Below are positions 29,361 to 39,642 of a stretch of 64,000 bases of DNA, in pieces. Made by a program: the position numbers and the translations under genes. The notes beneath the pieces are model-generated. The model was not told where the DNA came from, searched no databases, and worked only from the letters and a program-made list of their open reading frames with translations. Numbering within the stretch: the first letter of the stretch is position 1; every line of letters begins with the position of its first letter. This DNA is from an uncultured Thermodesulfobacteriota bacterium. Its GTDB lineage: Bacteria > Desulfobacterota > Anaeroferrophillalia > Anaeroferrophillales > Tharpellaceae. The stretch is taken from assembly GCA_964457755.1 (NCBI GenBank), contig CAYWGC010000002.1, forward strand, positions 80,621-144,620. The letters are read 5' to 3'.

Positions 29361-29391
29361 TTGAAATTTGTTTGGGCTATGTATGATTAGC

Positions 29392-30999
29392 TCAGGGAAT
29401 AAAAACATTGCCGCGGTTGATCAAAAAATCAGGATCGATGGCAGCTTTGCACGCTTTTAACTGCTCGATTGCAGCTTGGTTATAGAGGGTGAGGAAATCT
29501 TTACGTTTGCGTTTACCGGTGCCATGTTCGCCCGAATAGACACCGCCCAAATCTACCGCTTTGCTAATGAAAAGGTCGTAGAGCTCGGCGGCTCGTTTTA
29601 ATTTTTCTTGTTCGGGGAGGAGCGTGAAGTGGAGATGGCAGTCGCCAAAATGGCCAAAAGATAGATAGTCTATACCTTCACTTTTGAGCAGGGCGTGAAT
29701 ATAATCAAGGAATTTGGCGAAATGCTCAGGTGGGACGACGGTGTCGGTCATGATTGTGTAGGTGCCGTGTTTTTGGATTACTTCAAGAGCGTTGGCTGGT
29801 ATTGAGTGGCGAGACTCCATGAAAATCCTGCGTTTTTGATCGCTGTCTAAGGGAAGCACGGCTTCGGGGTCAATTCCGCAGTCAGCCGCCAGGAGACGGT
29901 TGAACCAGAATTCAATTTGCTCCTCGGGGTTTTCGTTACCGATTGGGATTTGCAGGTAAATGGCGACCTGATTGTCACCGTAAAAGAGGCGCTCTTTGTG
30001 ATCCATGTAGCTTAATGAATTGACTCCGAAATACTCAAAAGCGCTTAAAGTACCAAAATTTCCATTAAGTTCACGGTCGAGGAACTGATAAAAAGCAATG
30101 GCCTGTTTTTCATCAGGGAGTGAAAAAAAGAGGTCAAGATAGGCTTTGGGCCGCCGGGATAGTTTTAAGGTGCTGCCGGTAACCAGGCCAAAGAGACCTT
30201 CACTGCCGATAAACATATCGATCAAATCTATTTTACCGTCCGGTGAAGAAAAGGGGCCGCTGGCATTCTTAATCTCTGGTCGGGGGTAAGTCGGTACTGG
30301 CCAAACTCTTTCATGGTCACCACTGTTTAGGATGAATTTCCCTTTGTCAGATATATATTGTCCGCGCACAGCGCTAACTTTCAAGCCGTCGGGCATGAGA
30401 ATGTCAAGTCCCTCAACCCAGTCTCTGGTGGCACCGATTTCACCTGGAGTGAAGCCGGAAGCGTTACAGGCGATGGCTCCTCCGACCCAGGCGTCACCGC
30501 GGCTGGTAGGGTCGACCGGGTAGTAGAGGGTTTTGCTGGTCTCTTCAAGAATCATTTCACGCAACTCTTCAAGGATAATATTGACCGGACTGGTTACCAA
30601 AAGTTTATTCTGATCTATGGAAACCTTGGGTTTATCAAGTTTTGCGGTCGAAAGGACGATGCCGCCTTCAGCAGTTGCGCTGCCAGTTAGATTAGAGCGC
30701 CCACCGGAGAGTGTTATTGGAATCTTCGCCGCCCGGCCAGCCCTCAGGATTATGGCTGCCTGCAGTTCGTTCTCCGGCCGGCAGAGGGCTTCAGCCTGGG
30801 CCGGCAGGTTAGAGCTGTCAGCGGCAAAGCCAGCAATAATCTCGGGATCCAGAACTATCCTTAAAGAGAATTTTTCGTCTAGAAATTCAGCAATTTCCAA
30901 AAGATTTTCTACCCCTTGATGGGTGCTGCAAAAAATATCAATCTCTTGGTATTCAGAATCGCTCAAAACTTTCGTCAGGGGGATGATGTTGGTGCTCAT
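29392..30999 (-). CDS. FAD-linked oxidase (PCMH-type FAD-binding domain; D-lactate dehydrogenase/glycolate oxidase GlcD-like) with an N-terminal extension
   Basis: FAD-binding PCMH region (…GGRSNLTGSA…GGIVL…) and a C-terminal FAD-oxidase domain; 535 aa. Confidence 0.75.
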   Translation of the reverse strand: MSTNIIPLTKVLSDSEYQEIDIFCSTHQGVENLLEIAEFLDEKFSLRIVLDPEIIAGFAADSSNLPAQAEALCRPENELQAAIILRAGRAAKIPITLSGGRSNLTGSATAEGGIVLSTAKLDKPKVSIDQNKLLVTSPVNIILEELREMILEETSKTLYYPVDPTSRGDAWVGGAIACNASGFTPGEIGATRDWVEGLDILMPDGLKVSAVRGQYISDKGKFILNSGDHERVWPVPTYPRPEIKNASGPFSSPDGKIDLIDMFIGSEGLFGLVTGSTLKLSRRPKAYLDLFFSLPDEKQAIAFYQFLDRELNGNFGTLSAFEYFGVNSLSYMDHKERLFYGDNQVAIYLQIPIGNENPEEQIEFWFNRLLAADCGIDPEAVLPLDSDQKRRIFMESRHSIPANALEVIQKHGTYTIMTDTVVPPEHFAKFLDYIHALLKSEGIDYLSFGHFGDCHLHFTLLPEQEKLKRAAELYDLFISKAVDLGGVYSGEHGTGKRKRKDFLTLYNQAAIEQLKACKAAIDPDFLINRGNVFIP

Positions 31000-31018
31000 A
31001 TGCTTTCCTCTCCAGGTT

Positions 31019-32293
31019 TTATGAAAGTTGCAGAATTAGTAGCGGCCCATCTGGAACTACGGCCCAGCGGGCTTGGGGGCCATGTTTTTGCAGTAATTCC
31101 GCTATCGCTTTCTCTAAAGATTTAACTGGTTTCATGTGATATCTCTCAATCTCGTTCAAACTTAAGCCGTCACTGTAGAGCCAGATCGGATGGTCAAGCA
31201 TTATCTGGTAGGTCTCTTGGGCGCACCACTGATCGGGAATAAAAAATTCCCGATCCAAAAGACGTTTTATAAAATTTTTTGGGTTGTCGACCAGATTTAG
31301 AATTTCGATATATTCAGCGCTCCCGGCACCTTCGCTGCAAGCGCTGGCAATAACTATTTCACCGCCCTTTTTAACAACCGGTGCAGCTCCGGTAATGCCC
31401 TTTACAGATTGGTAGAGGTTGCAGTCGAGCGGGGCTCCGGAATTGGTCGTGACGATGAAATCCAGTGGGGCATCAATCTTTTGGCTGCAGAAGGGTGCCA
31501 GAAAACGACAACCTTCCAGATGAGCTTTGATCGGATCACCGGCAAAAACCCGGGTGATCTCTTTTTTAGGGTTGAGGGTTACATTGACAACAAAATCGGC
31601 GCCGACTTTGGTCATAATAGTGATCCCTGATTCATGGAAAGGATTTCCTTCAAGAGCTCCGTAAACCGTCATGGGGTGAGAAATCATCTCTGGGCCATGC
31701 ATGTATTCAAGGGTCTCTATTGAGGCAATGCCGGGTAAAATAGATTTGCGACCGCCGGAGAAACCCGCCCACATGTGGGGTTCGATAAAACCGGTTAGTA
31801 TCTTTAGGTCGGCTGCTATATAGTGGCGATTGATCAAAGCCGCTACTCCGTCATTAATCTCTCCGACCAGAATCATATCCTCTTTTTTTTTAGAAAAGTG
31901 ATTAATTATTTGGTAGTTTTTTGCAATCTCCTCTCCTACCAGTGAGATAAGTTCATCTCCTTCATTAGGGCGATGGCTGCCAGTGGCGATAAGAATAGTG
32001 ATCTCTTCTCTTTTAATACCGGCTTTTTCAATCTCGGCAAGCAGGGGTGGGAGGATGATCCGGTTGGGCACCGGCCGTGTAATGTCACTGATAACTATAC
32101 AGGCGCTCTGTCGGCCTTTGGCGATGTCTGATAAGGGTTTTGCGGCAAACGGGTTTCGCAGGGCATCCAGGATTGCTTTATCCGGGTTTGCGACGGCCGG
32201 TACATCTTGGGGCCGTAATATTCCTTGAAATCCAGGGCTTTTCGGTATTTCAAGTGGCAAACCGTCCAAGCCGTAGCTTAGTGTAACTTTCAT
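31019..32293 (-). CDS. larA: Lactate racemase-like protein (LarA family / DUF2088, nickel-pincer cofactor enzyme)
   Basis: ~424 aa and N-terminal composition typical of LarA-family proteins. Adjacent to an FAD-linked lactate-dehydrogenase-like gene. Confidence 0.65.
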   Translation of the reverse strand: MKVTLSYGLDGLPLEIPKSPGFQGILRPQDVPAVANPDKAILDALRNPFAAKPLSDIAKGRQSACIVISDITRPVPNRIILPPLLAEIEKAGIKREEITILIATGSHRPNEGDELISLVGEEIAKNYQIINHFSKKKEDMILVGEINDGVAALINRHYIAADLKILTGFIEPHMWAGFSGGRKSILPGIASIETLEYMHGPEMISHPMTVYGALEGNPFHESGITIMTKVGADFVVNVTLNPKKEITRVFAGDPIKAHLEGCRFLAPFCSQKIDAPLDFIVTTNSGAPLDCNLYQSVKGITGAAPVVKKGGEIVIASACSEGAGSAEYIEILNLVDNPKNFIKRLLDREFFIPDQWCAQETYQIMLDHPIWLYSDGLSLNEIERYHMKPVKSLEKAIAELLQKHGPQARWAVVPDGPLLILQLS

Positions 32294-32336
32294 TGCTTCT
32301 CCTTCCCTGGGTTCCGTCTTCGCTGGGCTGCTTATT

Positions 32337-32350
32337 TTACCTTAAGTCAA
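32337..32350. promoter_or_regulatory. TTACC-TTAA-GTCAA: near-palindromic Crp/Fnr-type box (12/14 match to the box at 20753) ~45 bp upstream of larA
   Basis: Read directly; shares the TTAAGTCAA half with the perfect palindrome upstream of the Crp/Fnr gene. Confidence 0.35.
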
Positions 32351-32503
32351 ATATCTATGTGCCTGTAATAAATCACAAGATGGTTTGGTGGAAATTTAAA
32401 TCTGTAAGGTGTAATGATTTTTAAACTGAAAAACCACTACGCCCTGCTGGCAGATAATTGAGAGTGTATTAGACTTTTTACAACCTTATCTCAGGGCTCA
32501 ACT

Positions 32504-34459
32504 TCAGCTTTTCAAAGCTTCAAGATCCTTGAAATTTTCCAAGGCTTCAGGGTTAGCCAGAGCATCGCGGTTGGTGATCGGCAGGTTATGAACCATGCGT
32601 TTAACGGCAAGTTCGACCTTTTTGCCGCTGATTGTGTAGGGGATATCAGCCACCGGAATGATTTTGGCTGGAACGTGGCGTGGGGTTGTGCTTTTACGAA
32701 TAGTCGTTTTTATCTGTTTTTCTAATTCGGGGGTCAGTTCAACCCCATCTTCCAGAACAACAAAGAGGACAACCCGAACGTCACTCTCTTCCCAGGTTTG
32801 ACCGATAACGACACTATCTTTAATTTCGGGAATAGTTTCCACCTGACGATAGATTTCGGCGGTGCCGATGCGGACACCACCAGGATTCAAGGTTGCATCA
32901 GAACGACCATAGATGATGACACCACCGGTTTCAGTGATCATGACATAGTCGCCGTGGCACCAGATATTGTTGTAGCGGTCAAAATAGGCATCATGATATT
33001 TCTGGTTGTCGGGATCGTTCCAGAAGTAGATCGGCATTGAGGGGAAGGTGGCCGTGCAGACAAGTTCTCCTTTTTCGCCGTAGAGCGGTTGGCCATAATC
33101 GTCAAAGGCTTCAACTTTCATACCTAAACCGCGGCACTGTAACTCTTCAATATAGACCGGTAGAATCGGATTGCCGAGAGCAAAACAGGAGACAATATCA
33201 GTGCCGCCCGAGATTGAAGCGAGATTGACATCTTTTTTGATGTCGCGGTAGACATACTCAAAACTTTCGGCTGACAGGGGTGAACCGGTCGAGCAGATCG
33301 TCTTGATTGAGCTTAAATCAAAAGTTGTCCCCGGTTTAAGCCCGCTCTGTTGGACGGCGGCCAGAAATTTGGCGCTGGTCCCGTAAACCGAGATTTTTTC
33401 ACTCTCTGCCAGTTTGAAAGTGGCGCCGCCATCGGGATAGAAGGGGGATCCGTCAAAAAGTATAGTGGTTGCGCCTACTGCCAGGGCACTGACGAGCCAG
33501 TTCCACATCATCCAGCCGCAGGTTGTAAAGTAGTAGATACGGTCTTCTCGTTTCAGGTCAACATGGAAGAGATGCTCTTTTAAATGCTGAATCAGGGTGC
33601 CGCCGGTACCGTGGACAATACATTTTGGCGTGCCGGTGGTACCTGATGAGTACATGATGTAGAGGGGGTGATCAAAAGGGAGCTGGGCAAATTCAATCTC
33701 AAGATTATCTTGTTTTTTGAGAAAATCTTGATAATGAACGGCTTTGTCGATAGCGCTGATATCGGCTCTCTCTTCGGTGTAGGGGATGACTACGACTTTT
33801 TTGATGGAGGGCAGAGAACCTAATATTTCGCCAATTTTCTCAAGGGAGCTGAACTTTTTGCCGTTGTAGGAGTAACCGTTGGCGGTAAAAAGGATTTTGG
33901 GCTCGATCTGACCAAAGCGGTCAAGTACGCCTTTGATACCGAAATCGGGTGAACATGAAGACCAGATCGCACCAATACTGGTGGCTGCCAGCATGGCGAC
34001 CACGGTTTCAATCATATTGGGGACAAAGCCGGCGACGCGATCACCGCACTGGACTCCGGCTTCTCGCAAAGCCGCCGCCAGCCGGGCAACCTGATCGTAA
34101 AGTTCAGCGTAGCTGATGCGGACGGCTTCCTGGTCTTCGCCTTTAAAGACTAAAGCTTCGCGATCATCGCGGAAACGTAAAAGGTTTTCAGCAAAATTGA
34201 GACGGGCTCCGCTAAACCATTTGGCTCCTGGCATCTTGTCGCCATCAACCAGTACTTTATCGTAAGTGGTGCTGGCGATGATGCCGCCATACTCCCAGAT
34301 ACTTTCCCAGAAATCAGCTCGTTCAGTAACCGACCATTTGTAGAGTTCGTCGTAGGTTGAGAAATTAAGGCCCTTTTTCTCTTTCAATTGAGTCATCAAA
34401 CAACTCAGATTGGAGTTTTTAATACGTTCGGCAGAGGGTTGCCAGAGTGGTGTTTTCAT
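32504..34459 (-). CDS. Acetoacetate-CoA ligase (acetoacetyl-CoA synthetase)
   Basis: 651 aa; N-terminus (…LWQPS.ERI..SN…F……W…) and AMP-binding motifs (…YSSGTTGTPK…) match acetoacetyl-CoA synthetase. Confidence 0.88.
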   Translation of the reverse strand: MKTPLWQPSAERIKNSNLSCLMTQLKEKKGLNFSTYDELYKWSVTERADFWESIWEYGGIIASTTYDKVLVDGDKMPGAKWFSGARLNFAENLLRFRDDREALVFKGEDQEAVRISYAELYDQVARLAAALREAGVQCGDRVAGFVPNMIETVVAMLAATSIGAIWSSCSPDFGIKGVLDRFGQIEPKILFTANGYSYNGKKFSSLEKIGEILGSLPSIKKVVVIPYTEERADISAIDKAVHYQDFLKKQDNLEIEFAQLPFDHPLYIMYSSGTTGTPKCIVHGTGGTLIQHLKEHLFHVDLKREDRIYYFTTCGWMMWNWLVSALAVGATTILFDGSPFYPDGGATFKLAESEKISVYGTSAKFLAAVQQSGLKPGTTFDLSSIKTICSTGSPLSAESFEYVYRDIKKDVNLASISGGTDIVSCFALGNPILPVYIEELQCRGLGMKVEAFDDYGQPLYGEKGELVCTATFPSMPIYFWNDPDNQKYHDAYFDRYNNIWCHGDYVMITETGGVIIYGRSDATLNPGGVRIGTAEIYRQVETIPEIKDSVVIGQTWEESDVRVVLFVVLEDGVELTPELEKQIKTTIRKSTTPRHVPAKIIPVADIPYTISGKKVELAVKRMVHNLPITNRDALANPEALENFKDLEALKS

Positions 34460-34595
34460 TTTATATCTCTTTTTTTATTATAATTTTATGGAATTAGCTT
34501 TCGTTGTATTCTGTTATAGTTTCACGGGTTGCGATTTCCTCATCGGAGAGTACTGATTTTTCCCTATCGTTAAAGCATGCTGATAAAAAATGCTA

Positions 34596-36227
34596 TCAAC
34601 TGAGCCTGGCAACAACCTTCTCTCTTAAAGCGAGTTTGTCGATTTTACCCGAGCCCAATAGGGGCCATTCATTGTCGTTAAAAAATAGTACATTTTTGGG
34701 GATTTTATAGCGGCTGATCTTGTCTTTGCAGAAGGTGGCGACATCTTCTTGGGCAAAGCTGTGATCTTGATCGGTTTCGATTATAGCGGTAACGGCTTCA
34801 CCCCATTTTTCATGGGGAACCCCAACAACCTGGACGTTTCTAATGCCGGGCATGCTTTCAAGGAAAATTTCAACTTCTTTTTCCGAGACATTTTCACCGC
34901 CGGTTTTGATCATCATCTTGTAGCGGCCGCGGTAAGAGATATTGCCATTTTGGTCTTTACTGCCGTAATCTCCAGAATGGAAAAAACCATCATCGTCAAT
35001 GGCTTTGTTGGTTTCTTCCTGGTTTTTATAATAGCCTTTGAAACGACTCCATCCACGCAGGCAAAGTTCACCGTTTTCACCTGCATCAACCTCTGTTCCG
35101 GTAACCGGATCGACCACTTTTACAGCGATTCCGGGCCAAGGTTTACCATTGGTATATTTTCTGATTTCGGGATCCCTTTCTTCAAACATCATGCTCACAC
35201 CGGTACCTTCACTGAAACCGTAGTGGTGCGCTATAAGTTGGGTGCCGGGGAATACTTTTTTACATTTATCGTACCATTCTGGCCCCGCCGCAAGGAGAAT
35301 ATTTTTGACGGATTTAAGGTCGTGCTTTTCGAATTCAGGGGCGTTGGCAAGAGCGTTGAAATGGGCTTCGAAACCGAAGAAAAAATCAATTTTTTCGGTT
35401 TCTATGATCTCCAGAACCTCCGTTGCCACAAATTCATTGATATGGAGTTGGTAGCCACCGGTCAGTGCTCCTAAAGGAAAATAGACACATCCGGCAATGT
35501 GATAAAAAGGGGAGTTGCAGAGGAGACGGCTGCCGGGCTCCATCCTGAAGGTTCCCGGTAACAGGTGCCAGCCGATGCCAAGGAGGCTGGTGTGGCTAAG
35601 CATCACACCTTTCGGAAATGCCGTACTTCCAGAAGTGAAAAGAATATTGCAGGTATCGGTTGGGGATCCAGCCGCTATCATTGCATCAATCTCTGGTTCG
35701 CTGTATTTAGGATCGGCTGTCTGGAGTTGGAAAAAATCATAGGCGTAAGGATATTTCTGTTCTGTGGGACTAAAACAGATGATTCTCTCCAAGTCGGGGA
35801 GTTCTTTTGATTTGACGTTACGATCTTTCGATGCCGTGATCTCCGGGTCGACTTCACTCAACAGTTGTATGTAATTATTTGGTTTGAGTTGATCTGTCGT
35901 GATCAGGGTTCGTATATCACCCTGGCGGAGAAGATATTTAACCTCTTTGGCGCGGAAGTTGATGTTTATCGGGATGATCACGGCACCGATGATATGCAGG
36001 GCGTATTTAGTGAAAATCCATTCCGGTGTGTTGCCGAAAATGGTTCCTACGTGATCACCCTTTTTTACCCCTAATTCTCGTAGCTGGGCCGCCAGTTTTC
36101 TGACCTTTTGGTAGAGTTGGACATAGGTCATTTTTTCATTTTTGGCAGCAATGGCAATTTTGTTCTCATGAATATCAGCGGCATTACGTAGTGCCTGTGC
36201 GATGGTAACGTTTTCCCAGGTTGACAT
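34596..36227 (-). CDS. AMP-dependent acyl-CoA synthetase/ligase (fatty-acid/short-chain acyl-CoA ligase family)
   Basis: AMP-binding motif (…FTSGSTAFPKGV…), …GYG.SE…, C-terminal …GKI.K… lysine. Confidence 0.8.
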   Translation of the reverse strand: MSTWENVTIAQALRNAADIHENKIAIAAKNEKMTYVQLYQKVRKLAAQLRELGVKKGDHVGTIFGNTPEWIFTKYALHIIGAVIIPININFRAKEVKYLLRQGDIRTLITTDQLKPNNYIQLLSEVDPEITASKDRNVKSKELPDLERIICFSPTEQKYPYAYDFFQLQTADPKYSEPEIDAMIAAGSPTDTCNILFTSGSTAFPKGVMLSHTSLLGIGWHLLPGTFRMEPGSRLLCNSPFYHIAGCVYFPLGALTGGYQLHINEFVATEVLEIIETEKIDFFFGFEAHFNALANAPEFEKHDLKSVKNILLAAGPEWYDKCKKVFPGTQLIAHHYGFSEGTGVSMMFEERDPEIRKYTNGKPWPGIAVKVVDPVTGTEVDAGENGELCLRGWSRFKGYYKNQEETNKAIDDDGFFHSGDYGSKDQNGNISYRGRYKMMIKTGGENVSEKEVEIFLESMPGIRNVQVVGVPHEKWGEAVTAIIETDQDHSFAQEDVATFCKDKISRYKIPKNVLFFNDNEWPLLGSGKIDKLALREKVVARLS

Positions 36228-36444
36228 TAGATTCTCCTTGTTTCATGAATTTGCGCAGTTAGCCCGGCAAAGGAAGTGGGTCTTTAGAAATTTTTCGTAT
36301 ATTTTAATTTGTGGTGAAGTTGTTGTTATTCTCAGATCAAGGCATTGTTTGAAAGTAAACATAGGTATACACTTGGTATTCCGAGGATTGTTTTCAAAAA
36401 AGATTACGCTGAGCTGGGGGAAAAGAGCATATTCTGACAGTCTC

Positions 36445-37782
36445 CTAGTTGAAGAGCACGCTCGGCAGCCAGGTGATGATGTCGGGAAAGATGATTAAGA
36501 GTGCTAAGCCTATTAACTGGAGGCCGACAAAGGGGATTATGCCACGATAGATATGCCCAATCTCAATCCCTTCAGGTGCAACCCCTTTGAAATAGAAGAG
36601 AGCGTAGCCGAAGGGAGGGGTTAAAAATGAGGTTTGTAGATTGACGCACATCAACATCGCAAACCATAACGGGTTGAAATCGAGTTCCATAGCAATAGGC
36701 GTGAAGATTGGTACGGTGACCAGAAGGATGGCCGCCCAATCGATGAACATCCCCATGAAAAAGACGATAGCCATCATAATTGCCAGTACCATAAAGCGGT
36801 TGAGACCGCCGCCTAAGAGAAAGTCGGCGACGACATCACCTCCGCCGATACTGAGAAAGACGGTACTGAAGAATTTACCCCCGATAAAGAGCATCATAAT
36901 CATAGCTGTGGTTCTATAGGTTGAGATGCTCGCCTCTTTTAATACTCGCCAATTAAGTTGTCGGTTAGCCAGAGCTAGAAACATGGCGCCGGCGACACCT
37001 AAAGCCGCGGCTTCAGTCGGGGTCGCAATGCCGGTCAAGATGGTGCCCATTACGGTCAGGATAAGACCTAAGGGGGGGACTAATGATTTTAAGGTCATTG
37101 CCCATTTTTGCATGGCAGTGTGGGTGCGATCACTCTCTTTAATGGGGGGGCCGATTTTGGGGTTGATATGGCAGAGAACGACAATGTAGATAAAATAGAG
37201 GGTGGCAAGTAAGATGCCAGGTAAAATAGCCCCAGCGAAGAGGTTGCCGACCGAGGTCTCTTTATAACCGGTCAGGCCACCATAAATAACCAGCATGATA
37301 CTCGGGGGGATAAGAATCCCCATAGTTCCAGAGGCGCAGATAATGCCGGCGGTCAGCTCTTTCTGGTACCCTTTTTTGATCAGGGCGGGGCCTGCCATTA
37401 GTCCCATAGCGACGACTGAGGCTCCTATGATTCCGGTGGTGGCGGCAAATACTGTGCTCACAACGACTACGGCCAAACCCAGGCCTCCCTTTAAACCGCC
37501 AAGGACAATATAGAGGGATTCAAAGAGTTTTTCCGATACTTTTGAGCGATCCAGAACCTGGGCCATCATGATAAAAAGGGGTACCGCGACGATGACATAG
37601 TTTTGCATCAAGCCCCATGAATTATTGGCAAACATGTCAAAGAGGATGGGGACATTAAAACCGTTGTCTATAAGTCCAAAAAGTGCTGCAACTGCAGCCA
37701 GGGTATAGGCTAAAGGATGACCCATGACGATAGCTATAATCAGGGTGGCGAACATCAGGATAGTGAGGACTTCTGCACTCAT
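36445..37782 (-). CDS. dctM: TRAP transporter large permease subunit (DctM family)
   Basis: 445-aa ~12-TM protein with DctM family composition. Its start overlaps the dctQ stop. Confidence 0.88.
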   Translation of the reverse strand: MSAEVLTILMFATLIIAIVMGHPLAYTLAAVAALFGLIDNGFNVPILFDMFANNSWGLMQNYVIVAVPLFIMMAQVLDRSKVSEKLFESLYIVLGGLKGGLGLAVVVVSTVFAATTGIIGASVVAMGLMAGPALIKKGYQKELTAGIICASGTMGILIPPSIMLVIYGGLTGYKETSVGNLFAGAILPGILLATLYFIYIVVLCHINPKIGPPIKESDRTHTAMQKWAMTLKSLVPPLGLILTVMGTILTGIATPTEAAALGVAGAMFLALANRQLNWRVLKEASISTYRTTAMIMMLFIGGKFFSTVFLSIGGGDVVADFLLGGGLNRFMVLAIMMAIVFFMGMFIDWAAILLVTVPIFTPIAMELDFNPLWFAMLMCVNLQTSFLTPPFGYALFYFKGVAPEGIEIGHIYRGIIPFVGLQLIGLALLIIFPDIITWLPSVLFN

Positions 37783-38294
37783 GATTGATTCTCCTCAGGT
37801 TTGCTGATGACGGTGTTCCAGTCCTGTATCAGTTTGGCGATCATCTGGATTAAAAGTAGGGAAAAGCCTATTGCCATTATGGTTTTAAAGGGGTAGATCG
37901 GAGGGGCCCAGCTGGTCGATAGACGCTCCCAGTTTTTCCATGAATCGAGAGCGTAGCGCCAGGAGTAAAAGGTCATACAGGCAAATGTCGGGAAAAATAT
38001 GATCAGGCTCGTAATGATGCTTAAAATAGCCCTTTTTTTAGTGGGTAGCCGGGCTTCAAAAATATCAATTGAAACGTGGCCTTTATGGAGTTGTGTGTAG
38101 CTTATAGCAAGAATATAGTGGACGCCGTAAATGAAGGTTGTGACTTCAAACCCCCATGAGGTTGGTGCAGCAAATATGTAGCGCATGGCAACCTCGTAGA
38201 TAATAACCGCGACCATTGGCAAAATCAGGAGGGCACCCACGCGGCCGATTTTTTCGTTGATCTGGCCAATCCTACTGTCTAATGTGTGGCTCAT
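37779..38294 (-). CDS. dctQ: TRAP transporter small permease subunit (DctQ family)
   Basis: 171 aa, 4 TM; positioned between dctP and dctM. Confidence 0.8.
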   Translation of the reverse strand: MSHTLDSRIGQINEKIGRVGALLILPMVAVIIYEVAMRYIFAAPTSWGFEVTTFIYGVHYILAISYTQLHKGHVSIDIFEARLPTKKRAILSIITSLIIFFPTFACMTFYSWRYALDSWKNWERLSTSWAPPIYPFKTIMAIGFSLLLIQMIAKLIQDWNTVISKPEENQS

Positions 38295-38403
38295 CTTTTC
38301 TCCGAATATTGAGAAATAAGGATATCAACATCCGGCATGAGTCGTTAATCATTAAAACTCATGCCGGATGCGGTTGCCGGATTTCTTCTAAATCTAATAT
38401 CGT

Positions 38404-39561
38404 TTAATTGGTTTTGCCGTCAATAAAGGTCTGGTAAGGCCAGGGAGTGATGCCGGAACGGATTTCACGCCAATCGGCAAAATCATCAATAAGGGTTTCC
38501 TGAGAGTCGAGAGCCTTTTTAACATCGGGATATTTGGCTTTCAAAGAGTCAAGATGAGTTTTGGCAGTCTTTTTGAAGGCGATGATGGTCTCTTTGTCCA
38601 TTTTAAGAAATTCGACATTCTTTTTAAAGAGTTTGATCGCTTTAATGTCGAGGTTGGTTGTCCAGCTATAACTCCAGAGTTGGGTTTCCTTGGCGCAGGT
38701 TTTGACAATCCACTTGAGATCCTCAGGGAGCTTGTTCCAGGCGTCGGTGTTGAAGGCGAAGCCGAACTGACTGCTGGGTTGATGGACGCCGGGTTCGATG
38801 ACGTATTTGGTGATTTCATCAAAACCCATCGGGTAGTTGAGGGAGGGAGATGAGAACTCGGCCGCATCGATAACGCCGCGTTCGAGGGCGAGATAGACTT
38901 CACCGCCGGGTATCGGGGTGGCTGAGGCCCCCATCATAGTCATAATATCCATAAACCAACCTGCAGTTCTAACCTTTAAGCCTTTGAAATCTTTAAGTTT
39001 AGTGGCTGCTTTGTTAGAGAGCAGGCCCATTTCCTGACCACACTGACCACCCGGTAAGGCAACCATATTATAGCGGCCGTAGAGTTCGTTCATCATCTCA
39101 GCCCCGCCCCGTTCATAGAGCCAGACGTTGTAGAGCTCGGCATCTAAGCCCATGGGGACTGCAGCAAAAGCGACAAAAGCCTCATTTTTACCCTTCCAGT
39201 AGCCGGGCCAATCATGCATGCATTGAGCTGAACCCTTACTCACTGCATCAAAACTCTGCATCGCAGGAACCAGTTCTCCGGCGGAGAAACATTTTATTAA
39301 AAGACGGCCGCCGGATGCAAGTCTTACAGAGTCGGAAAAATGCTGAGCGTAATCAAAAAAGAGTAGTCCTTTTGACCAAGGCATGACCATCTTCCACTTA
39401 ATTGGTTTTTCACTGGAGGTTTCAACTTTTAAACGTTTGACAATTTTATGTCTGGTGTCGGTGCCGAATTTTTCGCGCTTTGCGGCTTCGGCGCCAGTCG
39501 ACATAGCAAACAGCGACAGGGTAAAAGCAATAGCGACCAATAGACTTAAACTTTTCTTCAT
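38404..39561 (-). CDS. dctP: TRAP transporter substrate-binding subunit (DctP family), periplasmic
   Basis: Signal peptide (MKKSLSLLVAIAFTLSLFAMSTGAEA). Start moved to the ATG at 39561, which has a GGGAGAG RBS. Family composition. Confidence 0.78.
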   Translation of the reverse strand: MKKSLSLLVAIAFTLSLFAMSTGAEAAKREKFGTDTRHKIVKRLKVETSSEKPIKWKMVMPWSKGLLFFDYAQHFSDSVRLASGGRLLIKCFSAGELVPAMQSFDAVSKGSAQCMHDWPGYWKGKNEAFVAFAAVPMGLDAELYNVWLYERGGAEMMNELYGRYNMVALPGGQCGQEMGLLSNKAATKLKDFKGLKVRTAGWFMDIMTMMGASATPIPGGEVYLALERGVIDAAEFSSPSLNYPMGFDEITKYVIEPGVHQPSSQFGFAFNTDAWNKLPEDLKWIVKTCAKETQLWSYSWTTNLDIKAIKLFKKNVEFLKMDKETIIAFKKTAKTHLDSLKAKYPDVKKALDSQETLIDDFADWREIRSGITPWPYQTFIDGKTN

Positions 39562-39642
39562 TTTTTCTCTCCCTTTGAAGATTGGTTTGAAAAAAATGCT
39601 TGAAGCTAATTCTTCAAACATTGTTGAAACTAGAATTAATTT

